Shown here: positions 15,059 through 29,163 of the stretch, in pieces
Numbering within the stretch: the stretch's first letter is position 1
Layout of the letters: each line of letters opens with the position of its first letter
Position numbers and translations under genes: made by a program
Notes under the pieces: generated by a model
Told to the model about the DNA's origin: nothing
Seen by the model: the letters and a program-made list of their open reading frames with translations, nothing else
Database searches by the model: none
Assembly: GCF_009914755.1 (NCBI RefSeq)
Contig: NC_060933.1
Length of the DNA: 64,000 bases
Source: the human T2T-CHM13v2.0 reference genome, Homo sapiens
Direction: 5' to 3' (one strand)

Positions 15059-16779
15059 TGATGCTTAAAATATACAATTGTTAACATGTTATCAATTAAT
15101 ATGATATATTAATAATTGTTATATACTATACATATTTAATAAAATAGTATATAGTATATGATGAGTACTTTTATTATTATTGGATTTTTGTTGCTGTTGC
15201 TGCTATTATTACTATTAAAACATTAAAGCAAAAGATGAGTTTTCAAATGATATAGCAGGGAGTCTTGCGAGAATTTAGCCAATAATCTCATTTCAACTGT
15301 TGCAATATTTGTCATGTGGCACCAATCCAGCCACATGAAATTCTGGGTTACAGTCTGAGATAGACTACTTTTGCCATAGTTTAGAAATGAAATGTGTAAG
15401 GAGAAATGATTTCTGTTTCATGCTTTGTCTGACATTTTATTTCTTGTCTTTTTGTGTTGGTTCACCGAGTAACTTCATTTAAAGGGGAATGACATTTTAC
15501 AAATACTGTCTATATTGTGATTTTTAAAAAAGTTATCTGATTACTACTTTGGCTGAGAGGTTCTTCCCTTCTGTCTTTATCATTTTCCAAGAATCCCTCT
15601 TTGGACTCACTCTTTCCTGCTGAAAGAAAGTTCCATTTTCCACTTTGCTCAGGTGAAAGGGGAAATAACCATACTGTTTCATGCTTATGATTCCCAGGGG
15701 TAGAATTTGTGTGATAGGAGCACTAGTGATTGCTTACCTCAAGGTTCATATAAATTAGCATTAATAATGAAGAGAGAGAAAAAGTATGTCTTTGAGATTA
15801 AGGGACTGCTCAAAATTTTGGCATGGGACTCTCTGCAATCTTGACTAATGAGCGAGAACCAGGGAAATCATTTTAAAATTTTAAACCAGTTGTTTTTTAA
15901 TTCATGTGAATGTCAGTCTCATTTCATTCTTAAATATTTGCCCTCTTTTTCAGGAGCAAGATTTGCTGCAGGAATGGACAAATTTTGTGGCATTTGTCTA
16001 AAAATGATAGGTCTAATTATCACTCTAAAATCCTAAAATGTTTTTGAGCTTCCACTAAAAAGTCAAATGCAAATAATGCATAATGATTTTTAAATTGATT
16101 TGAGGCCCCATTTCTCTATGCTGAGCCTGGGAGTGGGAGGATAAAAACCTAAGCAAAAAGAAAAAGACTTTCCTTCACCAGGGCACCTCTGAGCTTCTGG
16201 CAGTGGGCAAGAAAATTGGAGAAAAACAGAGAATGCAATATGGAAAATCAATGATTTTCAGAAAAAAAAAAAAAAAAAGCAAAACTCACAGAGAATGGTT
16301 TGGACTCATTCTGATTAAGGAAGAAAGATATAGGTAGAATCTAAAAATAGGTGTTTCTGAAATCTCCTATATTTTGTAAATGCAACTTAAAAACATGTTT
16401 AATGCAAGCAGTTCTTCTTAACTCCAAGCATGTGATTCTGTAGAAATGAGACTAAGCATCATTTTAAAAGTAATGCTTTTAAAATGCTTTTGAGGCCTCA
16501 TTCACATGTTTACTGCATTGAGTACATTCTGTGTTGAACCCTGTGGTGATGTTTTTTTTGTATGGCATATGAATATTTTAAAATGTACAGAACCACTCTA
16601 GAGTTAATGTGGTTTATAAAAATGACTTTCTGTGAAGAAGGGGTGTCTTAACCTGAGAAATAGCTGGATAGATATCACTGAAGACAAAGTACCTAATGTT
16701 AGTTAGGATGAGGATGAACCCGGGCATGGAGTTGTGGGTGTAAAGGTAGTTAAATCAAAGGCAATTGAGAGCAAGGAGG

Positions 16780-17132
16780 ATTTCTCAAATCTCTGTTGCC
16801 TGTGTATAGGCTGCTGTGTCTATCTGGAGTCCCCATTTTCTCTCCATTTCCTCAATCTGTTGCTGGTCAACATAAACACATCCTTTAAGATTCAATTTCG
16901 ATACTCCCCTTCCAAGGCTTTTCCTACAGCCTCCAGCTGGATTTACACATCTTCCTTTTACTTTTACTTTCTGTTAACAATCAGTCCATGCCTCTATCAT
17001 AGTGCTTACCACTGCATTGTGTCTGTTGATTTTCTCATATTTCTCCTCTAGCCTGCTTTCAAGATTTTAACCAATTGTGCTATATAGTCAATGCTCGATA
17101 AATATTAGGTGAATGAATGAATGAATGAATGA
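16780..17132 (+). mobile_element. L2 3' fragment ending in (GAAT)n
   Basis: catcctttaagattcaattt...gctcgataaatattaggtgaatgaatgaatgaatg. Confidence 0.7.
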
Positions 17133-17160
17133 AGCACTAGATGGATAAAGAGATTCTTCT

Positions 17161-17444
17161 TATTTTTTTTTTAGACGGAGTCTTGCTCTGTCACCCAGGC
17201 TGGAGTGCAGTGGCTCACTGCAAGCTCCGCCTCCTGGGTCCACGCCATTCTCCTGCCTCAGCCTCCTGAGTAGCTGAGAGGACAGGCGCCTGCCACCACG
17301 CACGGCTAATTTTTTTTTGTATTTTTAGTAGAGGCGGGGTTTCACCATGTTAGCCAGGGTGGTCTCGATCTCCCGACCTCGTGATCTGCCCGCCTCGGCC
17401 TCCCAAAGTGCTGGGATTACAGGCATGAACCACCGCCCCTGGCC
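17161..17444 (-). mobile_element. AluY with a small internal deletion
   Basis: Y diagnostics (caagctccgcc, cacgccattct, ttagccagg). TSD ggat(a/g)aagagattcttct. gcagtggctcactgc lacks about 10 nt of consensus. Confidence 0.93.
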
Positions 17445-17924
17445 AAGGATGAAGAGATTCTTCTAATGCTTCGGGTAGTAGTCTGAATTTTGGTAATATG
17501 AAAATAATATTTCTATGAATGGGTTCATACATATATTCATATATATATGGGTATATATAAGATAAAAAGTTTAAGTTTAAGGTGTATTGATTCTCAAGGT
17601 AATTGATCTGCATAACGTTAAGAATGTGTTTTGGGCAAATTGAATTGTGATATAAGCAAAGTTTATACTTCTCAAACTTAATTATTATTTTCTTGGTCCA
17701 TTCATAAAATTTATACCATCCAGGCCTTCTTTTCCCTGTCAATGTCCACTTCTCAGCTTTCCAGAAGAGTTTTCTTTGTACTAGTGAATAACATAATGTC
17801 ATGTTACTGTTATCAAATGTCTGAGTCACAAGAGTTTATTGACATTCTGAAGCCTATTTTCACATTCCTAGAGTTTTGGATGCCAAATAATGAACACTAA
17901 TTTTTTTTAAAACTCAGAAGAATA

Positions 17925-18037
17925 TATCTATATATAGTGTGTGTATGTATATACACTCATATCAGAATATATATATATATACACACATATATCTACACAC
18001 ATACACACATGCCACACACACACACACACGCACACAC
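17925..18037. repeat. Compound (TA)/(TG)/(CA) microsatellite
   Basis: Directly visible. Confidence 0.85.
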
Positions 18038-19069
18038 GTCCTGATACTTTCTATTTGCTGAGATAGAAGTTTAGCAACAATTATTTAGTGTTGGAAGATG
18101 GTGGATTCAGTCTCAGAGACAAGAGCAATGTCAAAGCTAGGCTGATCATGAATGCAGTTAGTAATGAGGGGATCAGGAGAGAGGATTCAAATATCAAGGC
18201 ACCTGAAGGCATTTTCTGAATTTTCCTGCCTCCAAAAAGAGAAGAAAGAAAAAATAATGGGTAATTTTACAGGTCTATGGATATCGGATGGTAGGAGAAT
18301 TCTCTTTAAAAAAATAATGTTTAATACTAACATTTTTCTTCTCTTCACTGAGCCTCAATTATGTTATTTATAAAATGGGAATAAACACTTTTTTGTCTTG
18401 AGTAACCTATTGATTGAAGGTGAGATCCAATAATGCATTTGAAATCATTTTGTGACCTGCTAGATGTTATATAGCTGTAACTGGTGGAATTATTTACTTA
18501 GTTCCTGCTCTCTGTCAAGAAAACAATAATTGAAATTGTGTTCATATAATAGATTTTTGCTGTATTCATGTAATAGTAGATGCCAGAGGGTTCACAAACA
18601 ATATTGTTCCTAACACTAGATAAGTCATTCAGGGCAAGTTGGATAAAATTAACGAAGCATCAACGTGAAATGAAGTGCTTAGAGACATGCTAAGCTATCT
18701 TGCTTTTTGTTCTTTGGTGATGTAGATAGGGAAGGGAGGCATTAAGCCTGCTTCCTGATCTCCAAGAGACATTAACTACCTTTGAGTGTGCAATTTTCAC
18801 AGCAAGAGAACACCTAATTGAAAAACCAGGGGAAAATCCTCCGATCCTTCTATGCCTTCCATCCCTAAGTTAGAGTGAAAGGTCAGAGGACAACATTGGG
18901 ATTCTGATTCAAGTTATGAGTCATATACATCTCCCAAAATATCATCATATGTACAAATTTTTTCAAGTACTTTTAAGACACTTGTAAGTTTCTTAGGGTC
19001 TTTGGAAACCAGACTAATAGCCTCTATATCCTATTATAACTAGACTTTTCACTTCTGGTGAATGGAAGC

Positions 19070-19280
19070 CATGGTATATTTAGTGCTTCTTGCATGCTAT
19101 ACTAAAAATTTCCATGTATTATATCTCATATTATTCTCATAACAGACCTAACAGGAAGGTTCTATTATTTCTCCCAATTTTTCAGGTGAGAAAACTGAGA
19201 CTCAAAGCAGCATAGTGATTTATCCAGGATCACACAAATAGAAGGCTGGGAATTGAACCAGAACTAATGTATCTAAAGTG
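19070..19280 (-). mobile_element. MIR
   Basis: caggtgagaaaactgagactcaaag...ccaggatcacaca. Confidence 0.7.
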
Positions 19281-21059
19281 AACAGGCAGAACTGGGGGTT
19301 TTTCTGAAATTATATTAAAATTCCACATTGCTATCAAACAGAGTGGTATAAGTGCCCCACCACAAGCAATGAACAGTGTAAGATGAAGCACCCTGTTGCC
19401 CTTGACTCAGGAAGACATTAGAGTGACTGCCCTGCCCAGCCACACTGCCCACAGTAGCACCACCAGACACAAATGTGGAGCCCTGCCCTGGCTCTCCCCT
19501 CCTTCAGCTATGAAAAGAGCTCAGGAATGCTACTGGCTTTATTAGTTGTGCCTCTCTAGGGATGCATGGCAGCCTCTAGGGCTGTGGTTATGGGTTGGGA
19601 GTAGCAAAGCAGTCAACCTCTGAATGAGGCGGGGGCAGCCCCTTTGTCTCTGAGGGGCCTGCAGATTGCAGGTGGCACTAATTTCACATGAAAGCAAGGT
19701 GTTTGCCAAAGGAAAGACAGATGGTTCTAGTCACTAGTTATTTATTTCTATAATTAGCTGCATGCTGTGATCTCAGGTCTTGAAGAAATTGCTGCTTCCT
19801 ATGGAATTCCTCTCATCATTAGAAAGGAAATGGAAATTGGAAGCCAAGGAGCAGATATGTGTTAAATGGTAACTCCCCAAATCCCTGGGCTTGCAGCTAT
19901 GCTGGGAGGAAGGGCATAGTCTGGAGAAATAATCTGACTGACCCAAAGAGACTGAGTTTTAAATCCAACTCTAGCACGAACATGTGTTTTCACATAAAAT
20001 TCATCTTTTCTGGTTTTTATGTTCTTCATTTAATAAAGAAGAATATTTTGGGAAGAAAGTTAAACTATGAATGTGATAGATTCCTGTTGGCTATATAATT
20101 GGACCCATGAAACATGTTAAGATTTCAAAAATGATACTTGAATCCAATTTATTAGACAAACTATCTAACTAGCTTTGAACAAATGACTACCTTCTCTGTA
20201 TATGTGAAATGGAGTAACTATGTCCACTGAACAGAGGTATTGTGAGAATGAAATGAGCATATACATGTAACATTCCTAGGCCAGTGGTTGACCCAAAGTA
20301 GCCACTCAGTAAATGGGCTTAAATTTTATTATTTTAATTCAGTGGAGGAGATGGAGATCTAAAAACAAAATATTTATTTAACATGACAGATAATAAGTCA
20401 AATGCTAAGCTGGTCTAGGGGCAATTCATTGAAGTCTGTTGAAGATAAATAATTAATATCGATAGCATTGTCTGGTCTATTTCAAAATAATAGACTTTTG
20501 TTCTCTAGAAATTCTTTCATAATGATTCCAGATTTCTGTGACTAGCCTTGTGGATTCCTGCTTGGACCCAAATTTTCCTTTTCTGTATTCCTGGGCCTTG
20601 CATTCTCCTTTAAAAGTGGGATAAGGACGCAGAACATGTTAGTATCTGTATTTCTCATATGCTCTTTGGAAGTAGCACCTCACACACCCTGAATTAAACC
20701 ACAGGGTTTGTATGTGTAGAGATAAATTGAATGAAAAAAGACTATCTTTTTTTTATGCAAACCAAGAAAGAGAAGATAGACTCATAGGACAGCAAGAGCC
20801 TGTCTGTTCACATATTTGTTGATCTTAATTGATATATTAAAGGCAGTTGTTCTCTTAAGGGCTTCAGGCACTCAGCATGTATTTCCTGCAAAATCTCCCA
20901 CTAACTCTGTGTAGTGCAAGGGAACAAATATAGTCTTAGTAACAGCATCTTATATATGTATTATATTCCATCATGCCATGTATATGTTCTCATTTCAATA
21001 ACAAGAACCCAAAAAAAGTGGGCACAGATACAGGGAGTAGAATATTATGATGATACAGA

Positions 21060-21400
21060 TCATATCTTACCTCAAACTCACCATGCCTAAATTCTAGCTA
21101 CCCTTCTCCCTAAAATGTCCAGTGGTCCTACCTCAGTTAATAGCACTCCCAATCTCCTTGTTGAGCAAGCAACACATTTAAGCCATCTTTGACGTATATC
21201 TCTCCATCTATGATCACTCTGAGTACAGTTTGGAGAATGGATTGGAGAGAGGACAAAGTAAATGGAGCTGGTGGGGAATGATCAAATAGGAGGGTATTGC
21301 AATATGTAACAGTGATTTGGATGGAGGGTATTAGCAATGGAGAATAAGACAAATGGATGGAATTGGAACATATTGGAAAGCCTAAGTAGTGTTGCATAGG
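21060..21400. mobile_element. L2 fragment, sense segment followed by an inverted adjacent segment
   Basis: 21060-21205 sense L2 (ctcaaactcaccatg...catctttgac). 21210-21385 antisense L2 (gatcactctg...tggagaatggattggag). Confidence 0.55.
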
Positions 21401-22902
21401 ATTCCAAAGCTAGGATATGACAAACCTTGGAATGTAACTTTAGTCTTTGAACCTAATTCCTGTATAATTTATTCCTGCCTGCCTCTTACTGTGTCCTTTA
21501 ACTGAAGGCATACTTTGACCAGAGACTTTTCTTTTTAGGTTTTTACATAAAAAGTGAGGCTTACTGATGGTATCTACCTCACCGAGTTAGTGTGAAGATT
21601 AAATTAGGTAAGACATATAACATGTTTGGAACTTTGCTCAAGGCATAAGAGCTTAACAAATATATGCATATAAGTGTATATTTCTATTTATTATAATAGT
21701 AATAATAAATATAAGTTAAGACAAAGCAGAAGAGGAAATAAGAGTTGCAAGATTTCTCCTGCCCTGCTGCATCTGCTTCATGCTGTCTCTCATTTCATTG
21801 AAGCCAGAACCCAGGTCGTCTAAGTCTTCAGTCATTGCCTCCCACCTAACACAGATTATGAGAGGATATAAAAGGTCTTCCATTCTGCTCAGTCCTCTAG
21901 GGGGTGTGTGCATGTGTGTGCGTGTGTGTGTGTGTTTCAAATTAATTTTGAGAGACAAGCAGAGATGCTGCCTTGATTTGTCCTTGGACAGAACCTTCCT
22001 TTTCTTGATCGAAGATATATTTTTTATAGCCTAAATCAGCAGGCCAAAGTAATTTTTTGACAGGGAAAATACTTTGCTGTGACTCTCCATGAATCTTCTT
22101 CCTCCCCCTCCCCTACATCCCCTTTCTCTTGCCCTGTGAATATCTGTCTTCACAACTTACTGAGGTCCCACATCTGTCTGACAGTGGCCTGTCACTGACC
22201 TTCCAGCCCCCTCTCTATGTCTCCCTTCTGCAGTTCCTTTGATTCTTATCCTGCTAGAATGCGGAGTCTGGCTCTGAATTTGCTCTCAGGTCTTGACGTC
22301 TCAAACCAAGATATGAGTACCCACTGGGAGAATTAGGGAGGTGTGCAAAAATCAGTGAGGACGTAAAGCCCAGGACACCTTGCCAGAATATCACACCACT
22401 TTAATTTAATAGCATTTAACTTGAAACATGCACATTTTTAATGAAATAAATTAAAAATGCCAGGTGTACCATTTACCAGTTGTGTGACCTTGAGATATGT
22501 CTTACTCATCTAATTGCAATCTTATTCTGCAAAATACCTTCTGAAAGTAAATAAATGTGTGACGCACTTAGCACATTGCCTGAGCAGGAGACTTGCTTAA
22601 GAAGTATTGAATTTTATTTCTATTTTAACATTTATCTAACAATTTCCCAATTGCACGTCAGTAAAATGAGGTTCAGAAAGGCTTATTTGCCCCAAATCAT
22701 AACTGACAAATGACAGCCCAGGAACTTCAGCGTCATCTGGAACCTGGTTGGTCTAACTCCCAAAGCTATGATCCTGACCACTAAGCTATATATATCAAAT
22801 AAATGGCATGCGTGGGTAGGAGACACTTAGGGTTATGCCCAAGATCCCCCTAGATTATGGATTCACTCCCTTTGCTTTTAAGTGTATGCAGCCAAGGAAT
22901 AA

Positions 22903-23205
<303 letters not shown>

Positions 23206-23911
23206 GGAATAACCTGACTTTTAATGTCTTGCTACGTGTTTTCCTTTATGAAAGATTCTGGGTTGGTTAAGCCAACCAGCCATCTAAACAGAGGGCTTTC
23301 TGTCAGTCAGCGGCCCTCCCAAACATGAGATTTTGTAAAGCAAACTCTTCCAAGCTCTGATCTCATGGTTTTACCTCTCATTCTTCTTTTGTTCACCATG
23401 GCCCACTTTTGTTATCCCCCTCCAATCCTTTTATATTGCAACCCCCAGTTTTGTTTTTTCATGTTTCTTCCCTTGATAAGGAACACACCCTCCTTTACCT
23501 ACTGCTGTATTTCTATTTGTCCTGTCTGGAGCACTCCCCCTCCCTCCTAGAACCACCATCCCTTCTTCTTTCTATGTAACTCTTACCTAGACACACAGTT
23601 TCTGTTTCACCATGAATGACACCTCCTCTAGGAAGCTTCCTGTAATTTCTGTATCCTCTCTACCACCAACATATAGGCACAGTTAGGCTGGATTTCGTAC
23701 CTGTCTGTGTGCTCCTATCTCACTGACTTTCCTGAGTCTAGCAATTGTACCTTTGTATTATATCTGGTGACCAGTCTTTATTTCCAACTAGCTTCTTGAG
23801 TCTAGTGATTGCATTTTATTCAAGATGAATTTCAGGCTACTAGCAAAATATCTGACATAGTAGATCCTCAGCAAATATTTTTTTTTCAATAAATAATTTT
23901 AATATAATTAC

Positions 23912-24249
23912 TATTAGCCAAATTCCTCCAAGAAGCAGACACCAAGACAGAATTAAATGTGTGAAAGGTAGCATGTGCTTGGAGAGCCATGAGACATGCT
24001 GCAAATCTAACCCCATGTGAAGGAGATGGAAAAGGAAACATCCCAGACTGCCACTAAGCTTAATGGAGGTTCAGACGAGGAGCCTCTCGGCTCTCATGAA
24101 TGATCCAGCCTTAGCAGCCCTGCCATGCATGGTCACTGGCTGGGAGCAGCCCATGGAAGGCTGGCCCAGGCAAGAATGCAGGGATGAGCTTCAGAGCACG
24201 GTTGCTAGGGCCTCTCAAATATTTGAAGATATTCTCATGGTGGCCACAG
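23912..24249 (-). mobile_element. LTR40-like ERVL solo LTR
   Basis: gaagcagacaccaagacagaattaaatgtg, ggctgggagcagcccatgg, and end attctcatggtggccaca match recalled LTR40. Confidence 0.65.
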
Positions 24250-24778
24250 ATACTAAACTGAGGTTATTATCCATTTAACCATATTCCTCTCAATTATTCT
24301 TTTATTCAACTAATATTTACTGCATGGATCTTTTATGCCAAGAATAATACTATAGACAGATGTATGGAAGTGAAATAAAAGGCACTTGCCCTTAGAGAAT
24401 TTACTTTCTAGCAGGACACATACACGTACATACACACATTACTACAGTGCACTTCTAACTGTAGGATAGAGGTCACATAGGGTTCTGTGGGAGCATGGAG
24501 GAGGAATGAGCCATGTCAAGTTTGGGGGAGATGGAGAGAACAAGGTAGAAGTGAAAGTGACACTTGTAGTGAGCCCTTCAAGGAGAATTTGGAATTCTGC
24601 AAGAGGCAGACAGAAGAAGGAAGAACATCCAGGCAGAGAAACAAATGAAGCCTCAAGAAGTCTTAGCTTCCTGGGGATTTAACTATGATATGACAACTAT
24701 GGGCAGTGAAACTGGACACACGGTCAAGGGCCAGACTACAAAGGATCTACAATAAGCCAAACCCTGAGCTAGCACTGG

Positions 24779-25152
24779 TGCCTGAGTCTATTTTGTGTTG
24801 CTATAAGAATATCATAGGCTGATTTATTAAAAACAACAGCTATATTTCTTATAATTCTAGAGGCTGGGAAGTTCAAGGTCAAGAGGCCTTCTTACTGCAT
24901 CATCCCATGGCAGAAGGTGGAAGAGCAAGAGAGCTTGAGAGAGTAAGAAAGCAAGAGAGATTCACTCACTTTTATAATAAGCCCACTCTCTCAATAACGA
25001 ACCTACTGCCACGATAACCATATTAATCCATTCATCTGGGCAGAGCCTTCGTGACCTAATCACCTCTTCTTAGGTTCCACCTCCCTACACTGTTGCATTG
25101 GGGATTAAGTTTCCAACACATAAACTTTGGGGAACACATTCAAACCGTAACA
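24779..25152 (-). mobile_element. MaLR solo LTR (MLT1A/MSTD-like)
   Basis: ttgctataagaat...gaggctgggaagttcaaggtcaag...tttggggaacacattcaaaccgtaaca. Confidence 0.8.
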
Positions 25153-25599
25153 GCTTGGGGACACAGAAAATTCTCATCGCTGATCTGAGGCTTCAAGGCA
25201 TTTACACTCTATTGAATTAGGCAGGCAGGAAGCTCTGTTAACAGGTGACAGCAAACCAATATCATAAATATACGAGAAGCAATGATATTTCCAAGGAGGG
25301 AATAATGATTGCTTCTTGTATATTTATGATATTGGATTGAGATCCCGGACTGAGATAGAGAGGAGAAATCAGGAAAATTTTGCAGAAACAATCAGTGAAG
25401 TCCCAAATTTTATTTATTACCCTCCCCTTTGGAGCCTGAAATTTGGTCCTCATTTATAGAGAAGAGAAAATTGTGTCACAGATGCCAGATATCTTTGGTG
25501 GACCCCCAACTTTGTTTGGCACCATTGACATCAGATGTCACTCCCAGACTTAAACTCACTATGTATAGAAAAACATTCATGCCCTTAATCCTGACATTC

Positions 25600-26110
25600 A
25601 CAATCCCATATGGCCTGCCCCATGCCTACCACACTATCCCATCCCACCCATTTCTCTTCCCTCTCTCCCTCTCCCTCTCCACTTCAGGCACACTGGACGT
25701 CTCTCAGAACATCAAACACACAAAATTCTTCTGACCCTAGGAATCTGACTGCGGCCGCTGCCTCTGCCTGCAGTGTACCTTCCCCCCTAACTTTGCAACA
25801 CTGACTCCTTGAGATTAGGGTCTCAGTTTAAATAGAGGTCATTTATGACCATACCATGAAGAGCGGCCACCCAGTTTCTGTCCATTCCATCAGCCCAACT
25901 TATTTCTTGTCATGACAAGAAACTACCTGCTAGTACGTTTTTTCTAAAATGTTTGTGTGTATTTGATTATTGTCTACTCCTCTCACATGTAAGTACTTTG
26001 AAAAATCTTATCCATCTTGTTCACAGCTATATCTGCAGTGCCTCAAAAATCACCTGACTCCTAGCAGGCAGCTACATACACTTACTGCACGGATGAAGGG
26101 ATAAATACAG
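25600..26110 (+). mobile_element. L2 fragment
   Basis: ggtctcagtttaaat, catcttgttcacagctatatctgcagtgcct...ggatgaa. Confidence 0.6.
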
Positions 26111-27584
26111 GAATGGATAGATGGAGAACTGTCCTGGTTTCCCAGGTCCTCTGCTCTTCATGCTGTTTCTAGGGGCTGCAGGGAGGAACAAAGCAATCAC
26201 CAAAGCGCACACTTGCTCATGAGAAAAAGCACACTTTGAAAAATGAAGTGTTCCCTGTCATTAGCTTTCAGTCAAGCTTCCCATCAGGAAACTTTTGCAT
26301 CAGATGTGATTGGACCTTGAGGGGGGACGCCTGCCATGCAGGTCCTGGCCCTCCTGTGAGCTGGAACAGATGGTTCCTTCACACACATCTAAATAAAGCT
26401 GTAATGGTGCTGGCCCACAAACACGGCACAGGTGAACCTTTCTATACAAAAAGGAAAGTGTTTCTTGGATGTTGTGTAAAAATCAATTTCTACAGTGCCA
26501 CTGGTTTTCATTTTAGACACAGTTTGTCTTCTTTTTTGGATATCTCATCAATAGACTGCTGTTCTTCGTAGTCTAGGCTAGTACCATTATGTCTTTAGAA
26601 TACCTCCCCGCCACCCCCTAGAGGTATCCGGTACACTCTATTAGGGTTATCGTCTTAGAGCATCACTCCCATAATGCACCCCTCTCCCTCAATATCTGAG
26701 TAATGAGTCACCTTTGATTATCTGATCAAGATAGAGAATCACACACAACATGTCTGTAATTAGGCTGTGTTCTGATTAGAGAATTGAAGGCATAACCACA
26801 GCCAATGCCTTACAGCACAGGAAATATCTTGGAGAGATAAGTCTGTCAACTCTTTAGGAAAAAAGCCTCACAAGACAACAACAGCACAGAAAAGAAATGG
26901 AAAAGGTGGCAGTGCACGAAAGAAGATACTATGATGTACAAAAATAAAGGGGAGATGTTTGTCTCTTCCCCACCACTGAAGCTGTGGGAATTCAAAGGAG
27001 TAATTTTAGTACTCCAAGGGACCAAGAACATAGATGAGGATGTGTTAATGTTCTCCAAGCTCATTTAATTTTCTTTCTTTCTCCCTGGACTTAAGTTTCA
27101 GGAGCTTTGGGATTATGTTCTATATCCCCCATCATTATATTCCCATCACTAAGGAGAAAGTGTAGGGCTTAACAAAATTTTTGAAATAATAAACATAATA
27201 AAAAATGGAGGTGATGCTCAGGTGAGAATTCTGAGATAAGAGGGCAATAATGCCTTGTCAAGAAGCACCATGTGGAGGGCCAGTGGGGAAGCTGTGAGAA
27301 GATGCCTTACCTCTCAGCAGTGAGTGGCATAGATGCCTTTCAAAGGTGAGACTTGGGGAAAACAGAAAGTTTTAGGTTTTACATTGCACTCATGGCAAAT
27401 ACATTTTATGTGTGTTTCATTTGTTGTTTGCTATAGGTTAGGATTTTAATAAGACCTTGGCAGTTCTGTGTCATTGTAACTCTGGGGGAACTACAGGATG
27501 TCATTTGGAGGTGAGTGGGTTTAAGGTATGACAATTAGGACATTATTTCATATCTTCATGTAAAATCATTACATTATTTTTATA

Positions 27585-28110
27585 AGGGAGGAAATTCCAT
27601 TATTTGCAACAACATGGGTGAACCTGGAGGGTATTATCCTAAGTGAAATAAGCCAGGCATAGAAAGACAAATCCCACATGTTCTCACTTACACATAGAAT
27701 CTAAAACAATAGAGCTCATGGAAGCAAAAAATGGAATGGTGGTACCAGAAGCTGGCAGAGGGGTAGGAGGAATGAGAAGATGTTGGTCAAAGTGTAGAAA
27801 GTTGCAGTTAGGAGAAATAAACAATATGTATTTAAGGTGATGAATATGTTAATTACCTTGAGTGAATCATTCCACATTGTATACATACATCATAACTTTA
27901 TTTTGTATCCCATAATTATGTGTAATTATAATATATCAAAACTGATTTTTTTTCTTTTTTTAGAGATGGAGTCTCACTATGTTGGCCAGATCAATGTTGA
28001 GCTCGTGGCCTCAAGCAATTCTCCAGCCTCAGCCTCCCAAAGTGCTAGGATTACAGGTATGAGCCATCACACCCAGCCCAAAAATAAATTTTAATTTAAT
28101 TTTTAAAAAA
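27585..28110 (+). mobile_element. L1MA 3' end fragment, interrupted by an Alu monomer
   Basis: atttgcaacaacatgggtgaacctggagg...aagtgaaataagccaggcatagaaagacaaat. Confidence 0.8.
27946..28078 (-). mobile_element. FLAM (Alu left monomer)
   Basis: ttttagagatggagtctcactatgttggccag...ctcccaaagtgctaggattacagg; monomer only. Confidence 0.85.
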
Positions 28111-28850
28111 GAAAAAGACCAATATCACTAATCATCAGGGAAATACAAATTAAAACCATACAGAAAGACATTTTATGCAAGTCTTGTGCTTAGAGAACTT
28201 GTAGATGAATATTAACCCTTATATGAGAAAGAGGAACTATTTTAGTAACTAGTATGTGTTGCACCCCAATGGATGGGTTAAATGTGTCGATCTCATGCAA
28301 TTCTCTCAGGAAATATGAGAAATAGGAACTACTTTTGCTATATTACAAAGGACAAATTTGGACCTCAGAGAAGTAAATTAACTCTTCCATAAACACACAG
28401 AAAGTACAGGTTAGATCTGAGACTAGGTTTCCTCATTCCCAGAGAAGTACTATTTTTTCTTTTCAATCTTACATCCAAAAGATATTACCAGTAGATGGAA
28501 CCTAATATTCCCCCTCATTCATTACTCAACTATATTTTTATGGCCCTCACTGGCCCAGATTTTCCTGTTTTCCAAGGCACATTGACAGATATTTGAAACA
28601 CAGATAGCAAATACCTGGTATGTGTTTTATTTCTTCTATCTTCATAACAATTAATCATAGAGTGATGGAGTCTTGCTATCAGGTTCAATGCAGCCTCAGA
28701 ATCCTTTTTAGCACATAGAGCAACAAATTCTACTAACAATTAATAACAATTTGCACATCCAGATCAAATTTATTGGCTCCACTTGTTTGGATATTTCTGG
28801 GAGATAGTAAATATATTAGAAAAGGTATAAGGCTAGAAGTTAGAAAACCT

Positions 28851-29163
28851 GGCCGGGCACGGTGGCTCACACCTGTAATCCCAGCACTTTGGGAGGCTGA
28901 GGCAGGCAGATAACCTGGAATCAGGGGTTCAAGACCAGCCTGGACAACATGGCGAAACCCTGTCTCTACTGAAAATACAAAAATTAGCTGGGTGTGGTGG
29001 CACATGCCTGTAATCTCAGCTACTCAGGAGACTGAGGCATGAGAATCACTTAAATTTGGGAGGCAGAGGTTGCAGTGAGCTGAGATTGTGCCGCCACTGC
29101 ACTCCATCCAGTCTGGGCAACAGAGAGAGACTCTGTCTCAAAAGAAAAACAAACAAAAAAAAA
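28851..29163 (+). mobile_element. Alu (AluS)
   Basis: Dimeric Alu. TSD a(g/a)aaaacct. Confidence 0.93.

Noticed and set aside
16341-16350. Perfect MEF2 site CTAAAAATAG (likewise a lone CArG at 54167-54176)
   Set aside because: Isolated AT-rich motifs are expected by chance in 64 kb without supporting context.
16460-16486. 11-bp inverted repeat CATTTTAAAAG/CTTTTAAAATG
   Set aside because: Low-complexity AT stem, plausible by chance.
19666-19682. CTCF-like TTGCAGGTGGCACTA
   Set aside because: Lacks the 5' CC of the core; weak.
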